DNA of 64,000 nucleotides from an uncultured Acidobacteriota bacterium. Its GTDB lineage: Bacteria > Acidobacteriota > Thermoanaerobaculia > UBA5066 > Gp7-AA6. Both the position numbers and the translations under genes were made by a program. Positions 41,210 to 50,956 of this stretch are shown one piece after another (positions within the stretch are counted from its first letter, which is position 1; each line of letters starts with the position of its first letter). A model generated the notes under the pieces. The model was given only the letters and a program-made list of their open reading frames with translations. It did not search any database and was not told where the DNA came from. The stretch covers positions 256,001 through 320,000 of the forward strand of contig CAVXTP010000022.1 of the NCBI GenBank assembly GCA_963764715.1, in the 5' to 3' direction.

Positions 41210-42328
41210 CCGAACGCGACGATCTCGTCTCCGCTCTCGGGGCCGCCTCGGAGCGCCTGCTGGCGCTTCGCGGCTATCTTTGATCAGGACGCCGCGCGGA
41301 GCGCGCTCGACGCCCTGAGGGAGAAGGCCGCCGCGCCCGACTTCTGGTCGCGGCCGGAGGAGGCCCAGGAGAACCAGCGTCAGACCCGGGGGCTCGAAAA
41401 GAAGATCGAGAGCGTGAAGCGTCTCGACGATCTTCGGAGCGAGCTCGAGGCCTTCGCCGAGCTCCTCGGCGAAGGCGAGCCGGCCGACAAGGAGGCCCGG
41501 GAATCGCTCGCGGCGGCGACGTCGTTCGCCGACGAGCTCGAGCTCGCGGTCAAGATGGGCGCGCCCGAGGACGCGAAGAACGCGTGGATGTCGATCCACG
41601 CCGGCGCCGGCGGGACGGAGTCCCAGGACTGGGCCGAGATGCTCCTCCGGATGTACATGCGCTTCGCCGAGTCGCGCGGCTGGAAGGCCGAGCTCATCGA
41701 CCGGCAGGACGGCGAGGAGGCGGGCATCAAGAGCGCCACGCTCCACATCGTCGGCGACCACGCCTACGGGTACCTCCGGGGCGAGATGGGCGTCCACCGC
41801 CTCGTCCGGATCTCGCCCTTCGACGCGGCGCAGCGCCGGCACACCTCGTTCGCGTCCGTCTACATGGCCCCCGAGATCGACGACGACATCGAGATCGAGG
41901 TCGCCGACAAGGACATCCGCGTGGACACCTATCGCTCGAGCGGCGCCGGCGGACAGCACGTCAACGTCACGGACTCGGCCGTGCGCATCACCCACCTGCC
42001 GACGGGGATCGTCGTGACCTGCCAGAACGAGCGCAGCCAGGGCCGCAACCGCGAGATGGCGATGCGGGTCCTCAAGGCCCGCCTCTACCAGAAGGCCCTC
42101 GACGAGCGCCGCGCCGACGAGGAGAAGCGCGCCGGAGAAAAGAAGGCGATCGAGTGGGGAAGCCAGATCCGTTCGTACGTCCTCCACCCCTACCGCATGG
42201 TCAAGGACCACCGCACGGGCTTCGAGAGCGGCGACACGGACCGCGTGCTCGACGGGGGCCTGACGCCCTTCGTGGAGGCCTACCTGAAGTCGGCGGCGGA
42301 CGGCAGCCGCGCCCGTGCCTCCTCCTGA
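41206..42328 (+). CDS. prfB: peptide chain release factor 2 (programmed +1 frameshift at 41278-41283)
   Basis: ORF1 ends LRGYL-TGA; +1 frame continues D...PDFW, GAGGTESQDW, SPF, GAGGQHVN, WGSQIRSY. Confidence 0.97.
41269..41284 (+). promoter_or_regulatory. prfB autoregulatory +1 frameshift site
   Basis: CGCGGC TAT CTT TGA T; slippery CTT-TGA conserved, internal SD degenerate. Confidence 0.9.
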
Positions 42329-42911
42329 CCTGGGTCCGGGCGAGTCGCCGGGCGTTCCTCCCTGGATGGCCGAGGTCCGGGCGCGCCTGGCGGGACGCGA
42401 GCGCGTCGGCCTCGAGCCGTCCGAGGGCCAGCGCCGGGCGGGCGTGCTCGTGCCCCTCTACGTCCGCGACGGCTCGCTCTGGGTCCTTCTGACCAAGCGC
42501 ACCGAGAGCGTCGAGCGGCACCGCGGCCAGATCGCGTTCCCCGGCGGCGCCGAGGAGGAGGACGACGGGACCCTGTACCGGACGGCCCTGCGCGAGACCG
42601 AGGAAGAGGTCGGCGTCTCTCCGGCCGACGTGAGGTACCTCGGGGCCCTCTCGGCGCTCGCGACCGTCACCGACTACTACGTCGAGCCCTACGTCGCGGC
42701 GATCCCGCACCCCTACCCGTTCCGGCTGCAGGAAACCGAGATCGCCGGGCTCGTCGAGGTCCCGCTGCCGGCCGTGCTCGATCCGAAGGCGCTCGAGACG
42801 CGCCCGTTTCCGGGGCGCGAGGAGCCGGTCCTTTTCTACCACTACGGCGACCACGTGATCTGGGGCGCGACGGCGCGGATGCTGAAGGAGCTGCTCGACG
42901 CGCTGCGCTGA
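42315..42911 (+). CDS. Nudix CoA pyrophosphatase (NudL/PCD1-like)
   Basis: LLTKR..HRGQIAFPGG, ALRETEEEVG Nudix box, IWGATA. Confidence 0.9.
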   Translation: MPPPDLGPGESPGVPPWMAEVRARLAGRERVGLEPSEGQRRAGVLVPLYVRDGSLWVLLTKRTESVERHRGQIAFPGGAEEEDDGTLYRTALRETEEEVGVSPADVRYLGALSALATVTDYYVEPYVAAIPHPYPFRLQETEIAGLVEVPLPAVLDPKALETRPFPGREEPVLFYHYGDHVIWGATARMLKELLDALR

Positions 42912-42920
42912 CGGGACCGG

Positions 42921-43679
42921 TCAGTGCGGCCGGGCGGCGGCTCTCTGGGGAACGAGGGCGATGCAAGCCACGATGAAGGCGAGCAGGGCGGCCGTCGCCG
43001 AATAGCGGCTCAACGCGAGGCCCCCGGCCTCGGCCGGCTTGTCGAGGAAATCGCCGACGACCGCGCCGAGCGGCCGCGTGAGGATGAAGGCCGCCCAGAA
43101 GAGCGCCGTGTGCGAGGCGGAGGTCCACCGGTAGGCGGCGGCGACGAGGGCGAGGGCCGCCCCGAAGAGGACAGCGCTTCCGAGGTATCCGAGCCCGGCG
43201 GAGTCCGCCGTCCAGTCGCCGAGAGCCGTGCCGAGCGTCTGCGAGAACATGATCGTGAGCCAGTAGAAGATCTCGGCCTTCGGAGAGCGCACGGTGTCGA
43301 TCGCCACGGTGCCGAGGGACCGGTGCCAGAGGAAGAGGGTCCCCAGGAGGAGCGCCAGCAGCAGCGACGACCCGCCGGCATACCCGATTCCCAGGGAACG
43401 GTCGGTCCAGTCCGCGAGCGTCGTGCCGAGGGTCGTCGTGGCGACGATCGTCGTCCAGTAGAGCCAGGGGTTGAACCGCCGGGCGGAGATCTGCGCGGCG
43501 ACCGCGACGGCAAAGACGGCCGCGAAGATCGCCGTGCCGACGAGGTAGCCGAGGTCCATCGACATCGACACCGCATCGCCGCCGGTCTCGCCGAGCGTCG
43601 TGGCGGCGATCTTGACGAGCCAGAACGTGAGCGTGACCGCGGGAACCTTGCTCGGGCTCTCCGGACGGGTCGGCGTCAC
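42921..43679 (-). CDS. repeat membrane protein (COG4705/DUF347-like)
   Basis: KVP.VT..FW..KI.ATTLGETGGD, 'YW..I...TLGT..D' repeated, FILTRPLGA..GD. Confidence 0.85.
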   Translation of the reverse strand: MTPTRPESPSKVPAVTLTFWLVKIAATTLGETGGDAVSMSMDLGYLVGTAIFAAVFAVAVAAQISARRFNPWLYWTTIVATTTLGTTLADWTDRSLGIGYAGGSSLLLALLLGTLFLWHRSLGTVAIDTVRSPKAEIFYWLTIMFSQTLGTALGDWTADSAGLGYLGSAVLFGAALALVAAAYRWTSASHTALFWAAFILTRPLGAVVGDFLDKPAEAGGLALSRYSATAALLAFIVACIALVPQRAAARPH

Positions 43680-44572
43680 TTCGCCGGGAGTGAGGTGTGC
43701 GCGTATTCCTTTTCCCCGGCCTCGACCGCGATCGGCAGGCGGTTCTGCGGCGGGGGCAGGGGGCAGGTCGCGTAGTCGGTGAAGACGCAGGGCGGGTTGT
43801 ACGCCTTGTTGAAGTCGATCACGGTCCTTCCGTCGACGGGCGGGGCGACGTACAGGAACCGGCCGGCCCCGTAGGTCGACGTTCCGTTGGTGCGGTCCCC
43901 GAAGATCACAAAGTAGTCCGTCTCGCCGCGTTCGAGGACGGGGTCCAGCCGGTACGTCTTCCCGCGATGCTCGAAGACGATCGCGCCGGGGGATTTCTCG
44001 GCATTGTCCTGGCCGAGGACGTTCGGGACGGAAATCGAGCGCGGCGGGTCGTAGGGCTCGAACCGGGCCTCGATTCGCCAGGACGGGTCGATCGGGAAGT
44101 AGTCGAGGCCGTGGAAGCCGCGGCGGGCCTCGCTCTGGCCGTCCTTGACGCGCACGCCGACCTTGTCGCCGCGCCGGATGAGGTAGAAGAGGAGGCTCCC
44201 GCGGCGGAGCATGGTCGTCTCCTCGTCGGCGTCCGAGGCGAGGACGACGGGCCCGGTGACGGGGCCCCCGTTGGCCGTCAGGTCGGCGCCGGGGGCCGGG
44301 CGGAGCGTCGCGCGGCCCGCCGCGAGGTCGATCGAGCCGAGGCGGGCCGGCGACGCGGGCGCTGGAAGGCGGACCCGGCTGCCGGGCGCGCTGCCGACCG
44401 CATTCTCGCCCTCCTCCAGCCAGAAGAGCCCGACGACCGACAGCCATCCGTCCTCGGCGCGGAGCTTCGCGACCCGCCGGTCGCGCCACGCCTCGATGTC
44501 GGCGCGGTAGGCCGCGCTCGGAGGGTCGACCGTCGGGGCGAGCATCAGCAGGACGAGGGGGAGAATCCCCAC
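43676..44572 (-). CDS. DUF1684-family protein
   Basis: GWLSVVGL, YFPIDPSW, FGDRTNG.STYGAGRFL, DFNKAYNPPCVFT..ATCPLPP. Confidence 0.88.
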   Translation of the reverse strand: MGILPLVLLMLAPTVDPPSAAYRADIEAWRDRRVAKLRAEDGWLSVVGLFWLEEGENAVGSAPGSRVRLPAPASPARLGSIDLAAGRATLRPAPGADLTANGGPVTGPVVLASDADEETTMLRRGSLLFYLIRRGDKVGVRVKDGQSEARRGFHGLDYFPIDPSWRIEARFEPYDPPRSISVPNVLGQDNAEKSPGAIVFEHRGKTYRLDPVLERGETDYFVIFGDRTNGTSTYGAGRFLYVAPPVDGRTVIDFNKAYNPPCVFTDYATCPLPPPQNRLPIAVEAGEKEYAHTSLPAK

Positions 44573-44573
44573 G

Positions 44574-46196
44574 CTAGGAGGCGGCCTTCTCCAGCGCCGC
44601 GAGCTCGTTGGAGCGGGCGAGATTCGTCTTCGCCGCCTCGAAGCTGCCGTCGAGGGAGATCGCCTTCTCGAAGGCCTCCGCGGCCCCGGCGTAGTTGCCC
44701 CGGGAGGCCCGCGCGACCCCGAGGTTGTTCCAGAGCGCCGGGGACTTCGTGTTGCTCTCGATCGCCTTCGCGAGGGCGTCCTCCGCTTCGGCGAGCTTTC
44801 CGGCGGAGGTGAGCACGGCGCCGAGCGACGCGGCGGCCTCCTCGTTGAGCGGCTCGAGGGTGAGGGCGGTGGCGTAGGCGGTGGCCGCGGCGTCGAGGTC
44901 GTTCTGCGCGGCGCGGACCTGCCCGAGCGCCGTCCAGACGCCGGCGTCGTTGGGGGCGAGGCGCGCGGCCTCGGCGAGCTCGCGCTCGGACTCCTTCCAC
45001 ATGCTCTTCTTGCGGTAGGCGCGCCCGAGGTTCTCGTGGTACACGGGGCGCGTTCCGTCGAGGCGGACGGCCTCGATGAGCTCCTCGATCGACCGGTCCA
45101 TCTCGTCGGACCGGAAGAGGAACACGCCGAAGTCGTTCCGGGCCGCGGCCGAGGCGGGATCGATCTCGATCGCGCGGCCGAACGCGATGCGCGCCGCGCT
45201 CTTGTCGCCGAGCTCGCCCATGGCCCGGCCGAGCCCGCGGGCCGCCGCGACGTCCTTCGGATCGAGGTCGAGGGCCCGGCGGTAGAGGCTCGCGGCGGTG
45301 TTCCATTTCTTCTGCTGCTCGGCGAGCGCGGCCAGGCCGAAGACGGCCCGGGCGTTGCCCGGCTCGAGCACGATGGCGGCGGTGAACTCGCGCTCGGCCT
45401 CGGCCGGCTGGCCCCCGAGGAGCGCGGCGTCGCCGAGGAGCCGGTGGGCCTCGGCGTTCTTGGGGTCGGCGTCGGAGGCGAGGCGGGCGAAGGAGGCGGC
45501 CGCCCGGTAGTCACCGGCGGAGAGCGCCTTCTCGGCGCTGTCGATCATGGGCGCGATGGCGGGGACGGGGCCGCCGGGCGCGGCGACGCCGGCGTCGAGG
45601 GGAGCGCCGATCGGCGCCGAGCTGACGAGCGCCTTCTCGAGGTCCGCGGCATGCTGCCGGGCCGCGTCGGCTTCCGTCGTGCGCCCGAGCTTGTCGTTGG
45701 CCTCGGCCTGGATGCGGGCGACCTCCGGGTCCTTGGAGCCCGCGGCGCGCTTGAGGTCGAAGAGCGCCTCCTCGGCCTTGCCGTCGGCGATCTTGGCGCG
45801 GGCGGAGCGCTTGAGCTCCTCGACGTCGATCGCGGGGACGTGTTGGCCCGAAAGCTCGGCGCGCACGGCCGCGGCGAGGTTGGCGAAGTCCGGACTGTAG
45901 AAGTCCGGGATGACCTGGAGGTCGGGGCGGGCCTGGAGCGCGGCCTTGAGCTGCTCGCGCGCGCTCTTCGAGTTGCCCGCGATGTAGTAGGCCCAGCCGC
46001 TCTGGAGCGCGAGCTCCGCCTTGCGCTCGTTGGAGAGCCCGGCCGCCTCCGCGGCGCGCGCGTATTTCTCGGCGGCCTCCTTGAAGCGGCCCGAGTCGAA
46101 CGCCTTCTTGGCGTCGGCTTCGAGCTTCGGATCCTGCGCGAGGGCGGCCCCGGACAGGAGGCCGAGGGCGAGAGCGAGGGCGGCCAATCGTCGCAT
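44574..46196 (-). CDS. secreted multi-TPR protein
   Basis: signal peptide MRRLAALALALG; many TPR units (DPKNAEAH, ARNDFG, YHENLG, LWNNLG). Confidence 0.88.
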   Translation of the reverse strand: MRRLAALALALGLLSGAALAQDPKLEADAKKAFDSGRFKEAAEKYARAAEAAGLSNERKAELALQSGWAYYIAGNSKSAREQLKAALQARPDLQVIPDFYSPDFANLAAAVRAELSGQHVPAIDVEELKRSARAKIADGKAEEALFDLKRAAGSKDPEVARIQAEANDKLGRTTEADAARQHAADLEKALVSSAPIGAPLDAGVAAPGGPVPAIAPMIDSAEKALSAGDYRAAASFARLASDADPKNAEAHRLLGDAALLGGQPAEAEREFTAAIVLEPGNARAVFGLAALAEQQKKWNTAASLYRRALDLDPKDVAAARGLGRAMGELGDKSAARIAFGRAIEIDPASAAARNDFGVFLFRSDEMDRSIEELIEAVRLDGTRPVYHENLGRAYRKKSMWKESERELAEAARLAPNDAGVWTALGQVRAAQNDLDAAATAYATALTLEPLNEEAAASLGAVLTSAGKLAEAEDALAKAIESNTKSPALWNNLGVARASRGNYAGAAEAFEKAISLDGSFEAAKTNLARSNELAALEKAAS

Positions 46197-48037
46197 CAAT
46201 TGCCTCCGGGGGCCGCCGGCGAGGGCGGCGCCGCGTTCCACGTCTTCGGCGAGCCTTCCGGAACGTCGATCTTCTCGGTCAGGGGGTTGGCGCCCTCGCG
46301 CGACAGCGTGACGCTGTAGGAGCCCGGCGGCAGCTTGAGGCGCGCCGCGTCGGGCAGCGTGCCGCGGAACTTGCCGTCGACGAGCACGCGCGCCCCGGCC
46401 CAGCCCGGCGCCTGGATCACGAGCATCGAGATCGGGAACTGGTAGTGCACGCGGTTCTCGGACTTCGGGCCGACGTGGAACTTCTTCTCGTAGGGCGGGA
46501 AGTCCCTGGCCACCAGGCGGACCGTGTGCTCGCCCTCGTCGAGCGTGAGCGTCCGGGCCGGAATGGACGGACCGATCGTCTTCCCGTCGACCGAGAGCGT
46601 CGCGACCGGGATCGAGGAGAACTGGACCTTGAACTGCTGCGGTGCGGCCGGCTTCGCCGTCGGCTGCGCTTCCGGGGCCGCGGTCGCCGCCGGTGCGGCG
46701 GCCGCGGGAGGCGGGACCGGGGCCGGGACGGCGGGCGCCTCGCCGGCGCCGAGCTTCGGCTCCGGGAAATCGAGGGCCGGCGTCGGCGCGGCGGGGGCCG
46801 GCGTGGGGGCCGCGGGCGCCGGGGCGGGCGCGACGCCCGGCCGGGTCACGACGTAGGCGACGGCGACGGCGACGATGATCGCGAACACCGTGCCGCCGAT
46901 CACCATGCGCGTTGTTCCGACGCCCGGCGCGGGCGCGATGGCCGCGTCGATCGCGCGCCGCGAGGTCTCGTCGACGAGCGACTCGGCGGAGGGGTCGCGG
47001 AAGTTGACGAGCTCGAGGTTCGGCCGGGCGCCCGACATCGCCCCGGAGATGGGCGTCCGGTCGGACGGCGACGGCGCCCGCGCGAGGGCGCCGGACGGGG
47101 GAGTGATGTTAACCCGGTTCGCGACGACGCCGCTCGACGGAGTCGCCAGCGTCGTGTCGAGATCTTCGTCCTTCCGGACGGTGCGGACCGTGTCGCCCTG
47201 GACGGCGGGGTACATCCCGGAGCCGCCGACGAGCTCGCGGTGGATGGCGTGGAGGTCTTTCCGGAACGCCTCCATCGTCGGGTACCGCTCCGCCGGGACC
47301 TTGTCCATCGCGCGGCTGACGGCCGCGATCAGGGAGGGCGGCGCGTCCTGCACCAGCGCGTCGATCGGCTCGGGCGTTTCGTTGAGGATCTTGTAGAGCA
47401 CCGTCGAGAGGTGCTCGCCCCGGAACGGCTTGCGGTAGGTCAGCAGCTCGTAGGCGAGGACGCCGAGCGCGAAGATGTCGGTGCGGCCGTCGATCGGCTC
47501 GCCGCGGATCTGCTCGGGGGCGAGGTACGCGGAGGTGCCGAGGGTGATCCCCGTCTGCGTCAGGTTCGACTCGGTCTGCAGCGACTTGGCGATCCCGAAG
47601 TCCATGACCTTGACCGTGCCGTCGTCGAGGACCCGCACGTTGGCGGGTTTGACGTCCCGGTGGACGATCGAGGCGCCGTGGGCGTACCCCAGGCCGTCGG
47701 CGATCGCCATCAGGATCTCGACCTTGCGCGACATGGGGATCGGATCGCCGCGTTTGATCTTCTTGTCGAGGTCCTCGCCGGTCAGGAACTCCTGGACGAT
47801 GTAGGGGATCCCGTTCTCGACGCCGAAGTCGTAGATCGTCGTGATGTGGCGGTGGTGGAGGTTGCCGGCGAGCTCCGCCTCGCGAAAGAACCGGTGCTTG
47901 ATCTCGTCGTCGTTGACCTGGCAGGTCTTGATCGCGACGGTGCGCTTGATGAACGGATCCCGGCCCCGGTAGACGGCGCCGAAGCCGCCGACGCCGATCT
48001 GCTCCGAGACCTCGTATTTTCCGATTTTGTCGAGCAT
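46196..48037 (-). CDS. Hanks-type Ser/Thr kinase with TM and C-terminal PEGA-like domains
   Basis: IGVGGFGAVY, VAIK, HRDVKPAN, DFG, YLAPE, DIFALG; TM; 'ATLSVDG', 'ARVLVDG...LPPGSYSV'. Confidence 0.93.
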   Translation of the reverse strand: MLDKIGKYEVSEQIGVGGFGAVYRGRDPFIKRTVAIKTCQVNDDEIKHRFFREAELAGNLHHRHITTIYDFGVENGIPYIVQEFLTGEDLDKKIKRGDPIPMSRKVEILMAIADGLGYAHGASIVHRDVKPANVRVLDDGTVKVMDFGIAKSLQTESNLTQTGITLGTSAYLAPEQIRGEPIDGRTDIFALGVLAYELLTYRKPFRGEHLSTVLYKILNETPEPIDALVQDAPPSLIAAVSRAMDKVPAERYPTMEAFRKDLHAIHRELVGGSGMYPAVQGDTVRTVRKDEDLDTTLATPSSGVVANRVNITPPSGALARAPSPSDRTPISGAMSGARPNLELVNFRDPSAESLVDETSRRAIDAAIAPAPGVGTTRMVIGGTVFAIIVAVAVAYVVTRPGVAPAPAPAAPTPAPAAPTPALDFPEPKLGAGEAPAVPAPVPPPAAAAPAATAAPEAQPTAKPAAPQQFKVQFSSIPVATLSVDGKTIGPSIPARTLTLDEGEHTVRLVARDFPPYEKKFHVGPKSENRVHYQFPISMLVIQAPGWAGARVLVDGKFRGTLPDAARLKLPPGSYSVTLSREGANPLTEKIDVPEGSPKTWNAAPPSPAAPGGN

Positions 48038-48111
48038 CCGTCCGCCGCGAACCCCGTTAGTGTAAACGAACGCCGAGCGGGCGGAAACCATTCGCGCAAA
48101 AGGGGCTAGCG

Positions 48112-48666
48112 ATGGGTAGACTGGGTCTCGTGCGGCGAGCCTGGTCGGCCATTCCCGCGATCGTCCTGGCGGCGGGCGCAGCCGCGTGCCGGAAGAACGA
48201 GCCCGGGCGACTCGATCCCGTTCAGGCGATCCGCAGCCGCGTCGAGCCGGCTTTCCGTGCGCCGGCGGACGGGCGCCTGACCCAGGCCCAGCTCGACAAG
48301 TACTTCAAGGTCCGACGCGCGGCCCGAGGCGCCACCTCCGACGCCGACGCGGCGCGGGGCGTCGGCGTCGATCCGGCCGAGTTCGACTGGATCCGGGGGC
48401 GGATCATCGAGGCCCTCGCGGTGCTCGACGCGCGGCGGGTCGCCGAAGGGGGCCTCGAGAGCTACGCGCGGGCGATCGCGTCGCTGCGGGCGGCCCGCGA
48501 GTCGGCCGCCGATTCGAAGACGGCGGCCCGCATCGACGCGGAGATCGCGGCGCTCGAGCGCGAGCGCGCGACGCTCCGCCGCCCCGACCTCGCGGCCCCG
48601 GCGGCCGTCGCGAACGCCGCGCGCGTCGAGGCGAGGCGAGCGGAGATCGAGGCGCTGGGTCCGTGA
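48112..48666 (+). CDS. hypothetical helical lipoprotein
   Basis: lipobox AAAC; stop overlaps the next start (GTGA). Confidence 0.65.
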   Translation: MGRLGLVRRAWSAIPAIVLAAGAAACRKNEPGRLDPVQAIRSRVEPAFRAPADGRLTQAQLDKYFKVRRAARGATSDADAARGVGVDPAEFDWIRGRIIEALAVLDARRVAEGGLESYARAIASLRAARESAADSKTAARIDAEIAALERERATLRRPDLAAPAAVANAARVEARRAEIEALGP

Positions 48667-49709
48667 CGCCCGTCGAGCGTTACCTCGCCGTGGAGATCGA
48701 GGCGGGCTCGTTTCCCGGGGCTTGCGCGCTCGTGGGCTCGGGCGAGCGCGTGCTCGCGGAGGCGGCCGCGGGGCGGGCCGCGGTCGAGCCCGAGCCCGTC
48801 GCGGCGACTCCCGCCACGCTCTTCGATCTCGCGAGCCTGACGAAGCCGCTGTGCGCCGCGGCGCTCGCGGCGGCGGCGGGGCGCGCGCTCCCGCTCGACG
48901 CTCCGCCGGGACGGTTCCTCCCGGAGTGGAAGTCCCTGCGGTTCGACGGCATCACGATCGAGCGGCTGCTCACCCACACGTCGGGGTTGGCGGCCTGGCT
49001 CCCGCTCTACGTCTTCGGCGAAGGTGCGGCCGCCTACCGCCGCACGCTCGCCGGCATCGAGCCAGAGGCCGCTCCCGGGGAGCGGGTCATCTACAGCGAC
49101 CTGAACATCCTGCTGCTGACCGAGATCCTCGAGAGGATCTTTGCCGCCCCGATCGACCGGGCCTTCGAGGATCTCGTCGCCCGGCCGGCGGCGTCGGCCG
49201 CCGTCTTCCGCCCTTCGGACCCGGCCGCAACCGCCGCGACGGAACGCGCCGACCAATTCGAGCGGGCGATGGTCGCGTCCCGCGGCCTCGCGTACCCGCG
49301 ATTCCGGGAGGGCGTCGTGCGGGGCGAGGTCCACGACGGCAACGCGTTTCGCCGGGGCGGCGTCTCGGGACACGCCGGGCTCTTCGCGACGGCGCGGGAC
49401 GTCTGGGCGCTCGCCCGTCCGTGGCTCGACCCGGCGCGGCGGGAGCTCACGCGCGACCGGACCCCCGAGCTCGCCGAGGCGAGGGGCCTCGGCTGGCAGG
49501 GGCGGCGGGGAGCGGGCTCGGCGATCCCCGCGATGTCGGAGCAGAGCTTCGGCCACACCGGCTTCACCGGGACGTCGGTCTGGATCGATCCCGAGCGGGA
49601 CCTCGTCGCGGTCCTGCTGACGAACCGGATCCACCCGGAGGTCCGGGAGATCCCGTTCAACGAGGTCCGGCAGCGCTTTCACGAAGCCGTCTGGGAGGCG
49701 TTCGCCTGA
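48663..49709 (+). CDS. serine hydrolase, beta-lactamase/AmpC-like family
   Basis: FDLASLTK (SxxK), LLTHTSG, YSD, GEVHD.NA, GHAGLF, FGHTGFTG. Confidence 0.9.
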   Translation: MTPVERYLAVEIEAGSFPGACALVGSGERVLAEAAAGRAAVEPEPVAATPATLFDLASLTKPLCAAALAAAAGRALPLDAPPGRFLPEWKSLRFDGITIERLLTHTSGLAAWLPLYVFGEGAAAYRRTLAGIEPEAAPGERVIYSDLNILLLTEILERIFAAPIDRAFEDLVARPAASAAVFRPSDPAATAATERADQFERAMVASRGLAYPRFREGVVRGEVHDGNAFRRGGVSGHAGLFATARDVWALARPWLDPARRELTRDRTPELAEARGLGWQGRRGAGSAIPAMSEQSFGHTGFTGTSVWIDPERDLVAVLLTNRIHPEVREIPFNEVRQRFHEAVWEAFA

Positions 49710-49750
49710 GGCCGGGGCCCCGCCGGCGCTGAGGTAAACTCGCCGGCTCT

Positions 49751-50935
49751 ATGGCGCAATCCAACGGCGTTTTCATCCTCGACGGGGCGCGGACCGCGAT
49801 GGCGGAGTACAACGGCGCTTTCGCCGACGTCACGGCGATCGACCTCGGCGTCCACGCCGCCCGGGAGGCCCTGCGCCGCAGCGGCGTCGAGCCCGGGCAG
49901 ATCGACCACGCGATCTTCGGCAACGCCCTGCAGACCTCGGGCGACGCGATCTACGGCGCCCGGCACGTGGCGCTCAAGGCGGGCGTGCCGAAGGAGGTCC
50001 CGGCGCTGACCGTCAACCGCCTGTGCGGGTCCGGCTTCGAATCGATCGTGCAGGGGGCGCACCGCATTCTCCTCGGGGAGGCGAAGACGGTGCTCGCGGG
50101 CGGGATGGAGAACATGTCCCAGGCGCCGCACGTCATCCGGGGCGCCCGCAAGGGCTTTCGGCTCGGCCAGGGGCAGCTCGAGGACTCGCTGATGGTCGCC
50201 CTGCTCGACTCCTACTGCGGCCTCTACATGGCCCAGACGTCCGACCGCGTGGCCGGCAAGTACGGCATCACCCGGGCCGCGCAGGACGCCTATGCGCTTT
50301 CCTCGCAGCAGCGGGCGGCCGCGGCCTGGGACTCCGGGCGCCTCGCCGAGGAGGTCGTCCCCGTCGAGGTCAAGGCCGGGCGCAAGACCGTCCGCGTCGA
50401 GCGGGACGATCACCTGCGTCCGGACTCGACGCTCGAGGGCCTCGCCGGATTGCCCCCGTCGTTCGGGAAGGACGGGTCGGTGACCGCGGGGAACGCCTCG
50501 GGCATCGTGGACGGCGCCGCGGCGGTGGTCGTCGCCTCGGAGGATGCGGCGCGCGGCCGGAAGCCGCTCGGCCGCCTCGTGTCCTGGGCGGTCGTCGGCG
50601 TGGAGCCGGAGCTGATGGGTCTCGGTCCGGCGCCGGCGGCGCGCGCGGCGATCCAGAGAGCGGGGCTGTCCCAGAACGACATCGGCCTCTGGGAGATCAA
50701 CGAGGCCTTCGCCGGCCAGATCCTCGGCGTGGTCAAGGAGCTCGGGCTCGACCTCGAGAAGTTGAACGTCAACGGCGGAGCGATCGCGCTCGGCCATCCC
50801 CTGGCCGCGACGGGCACGCGCTGCACGCTGACCCTGCTGAAGGAGATGCGGCGCCGCGGCGTGCGTTACGGGCTGGCCGGCGCCTGCATCGGCGGCGGGC
50901 AGGGCATCGCCGTCGTCGTGGAGTCGGCCGCGTAG
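49751..50935 (+). CDS. acetyl-CoA C-acyltransferase (thiolase)
   Basis: NRLCGSG, GGMENMS, TAGNAS, EINEAFA, GGAIALGHP, CIGGGQG. Confidence 0.96.
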   Translation: MAQSNGVFILDGARTAMAEYNGAFADVTAIDLGVHAAREALRRSGVEPGQIDHAIFGNALQTSGDAIYGARHVALKAGVPKEVPALTVNRLCGSGFESIVQGAHRILLGEAKTVLAGGMENMSQAPHVIRGARKGFRLGQGQLEDSLMVALLDSYCGLYMAQTSDRVAGKYGITRAAQDAYALSSQQRAAAAWDSGRLAEEVVPVEVKAGRKTVRVERDDHLRPDSTLEGLAGLPPSFGKDGSVTAGNASGIVDGAAAVVVASEDAARGRKPLGRLVSWAVVGVEPELMGLGPAPAARAAIQRAGLSQNDIGLWEINEAFAGQILGVVKELGLDLEKLNVNGGAIALGHPLAATGTRCTLTLLKEMRRRGVRYGLAGACIGGGQGIAVVVESAA

Positions 50936-50956
50936 TCGGCGAGCGGGGATCGGGCG

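Noticed and set aside
48663-49709. Antibiotic-resistance beta-lactamase
   Set aside because: No signal peptide, and the GEVHD.NA/GHAGLF motifs fit the broad esterase/peptidoglycan-recycling serine hydrolase group; there is no mobile context.
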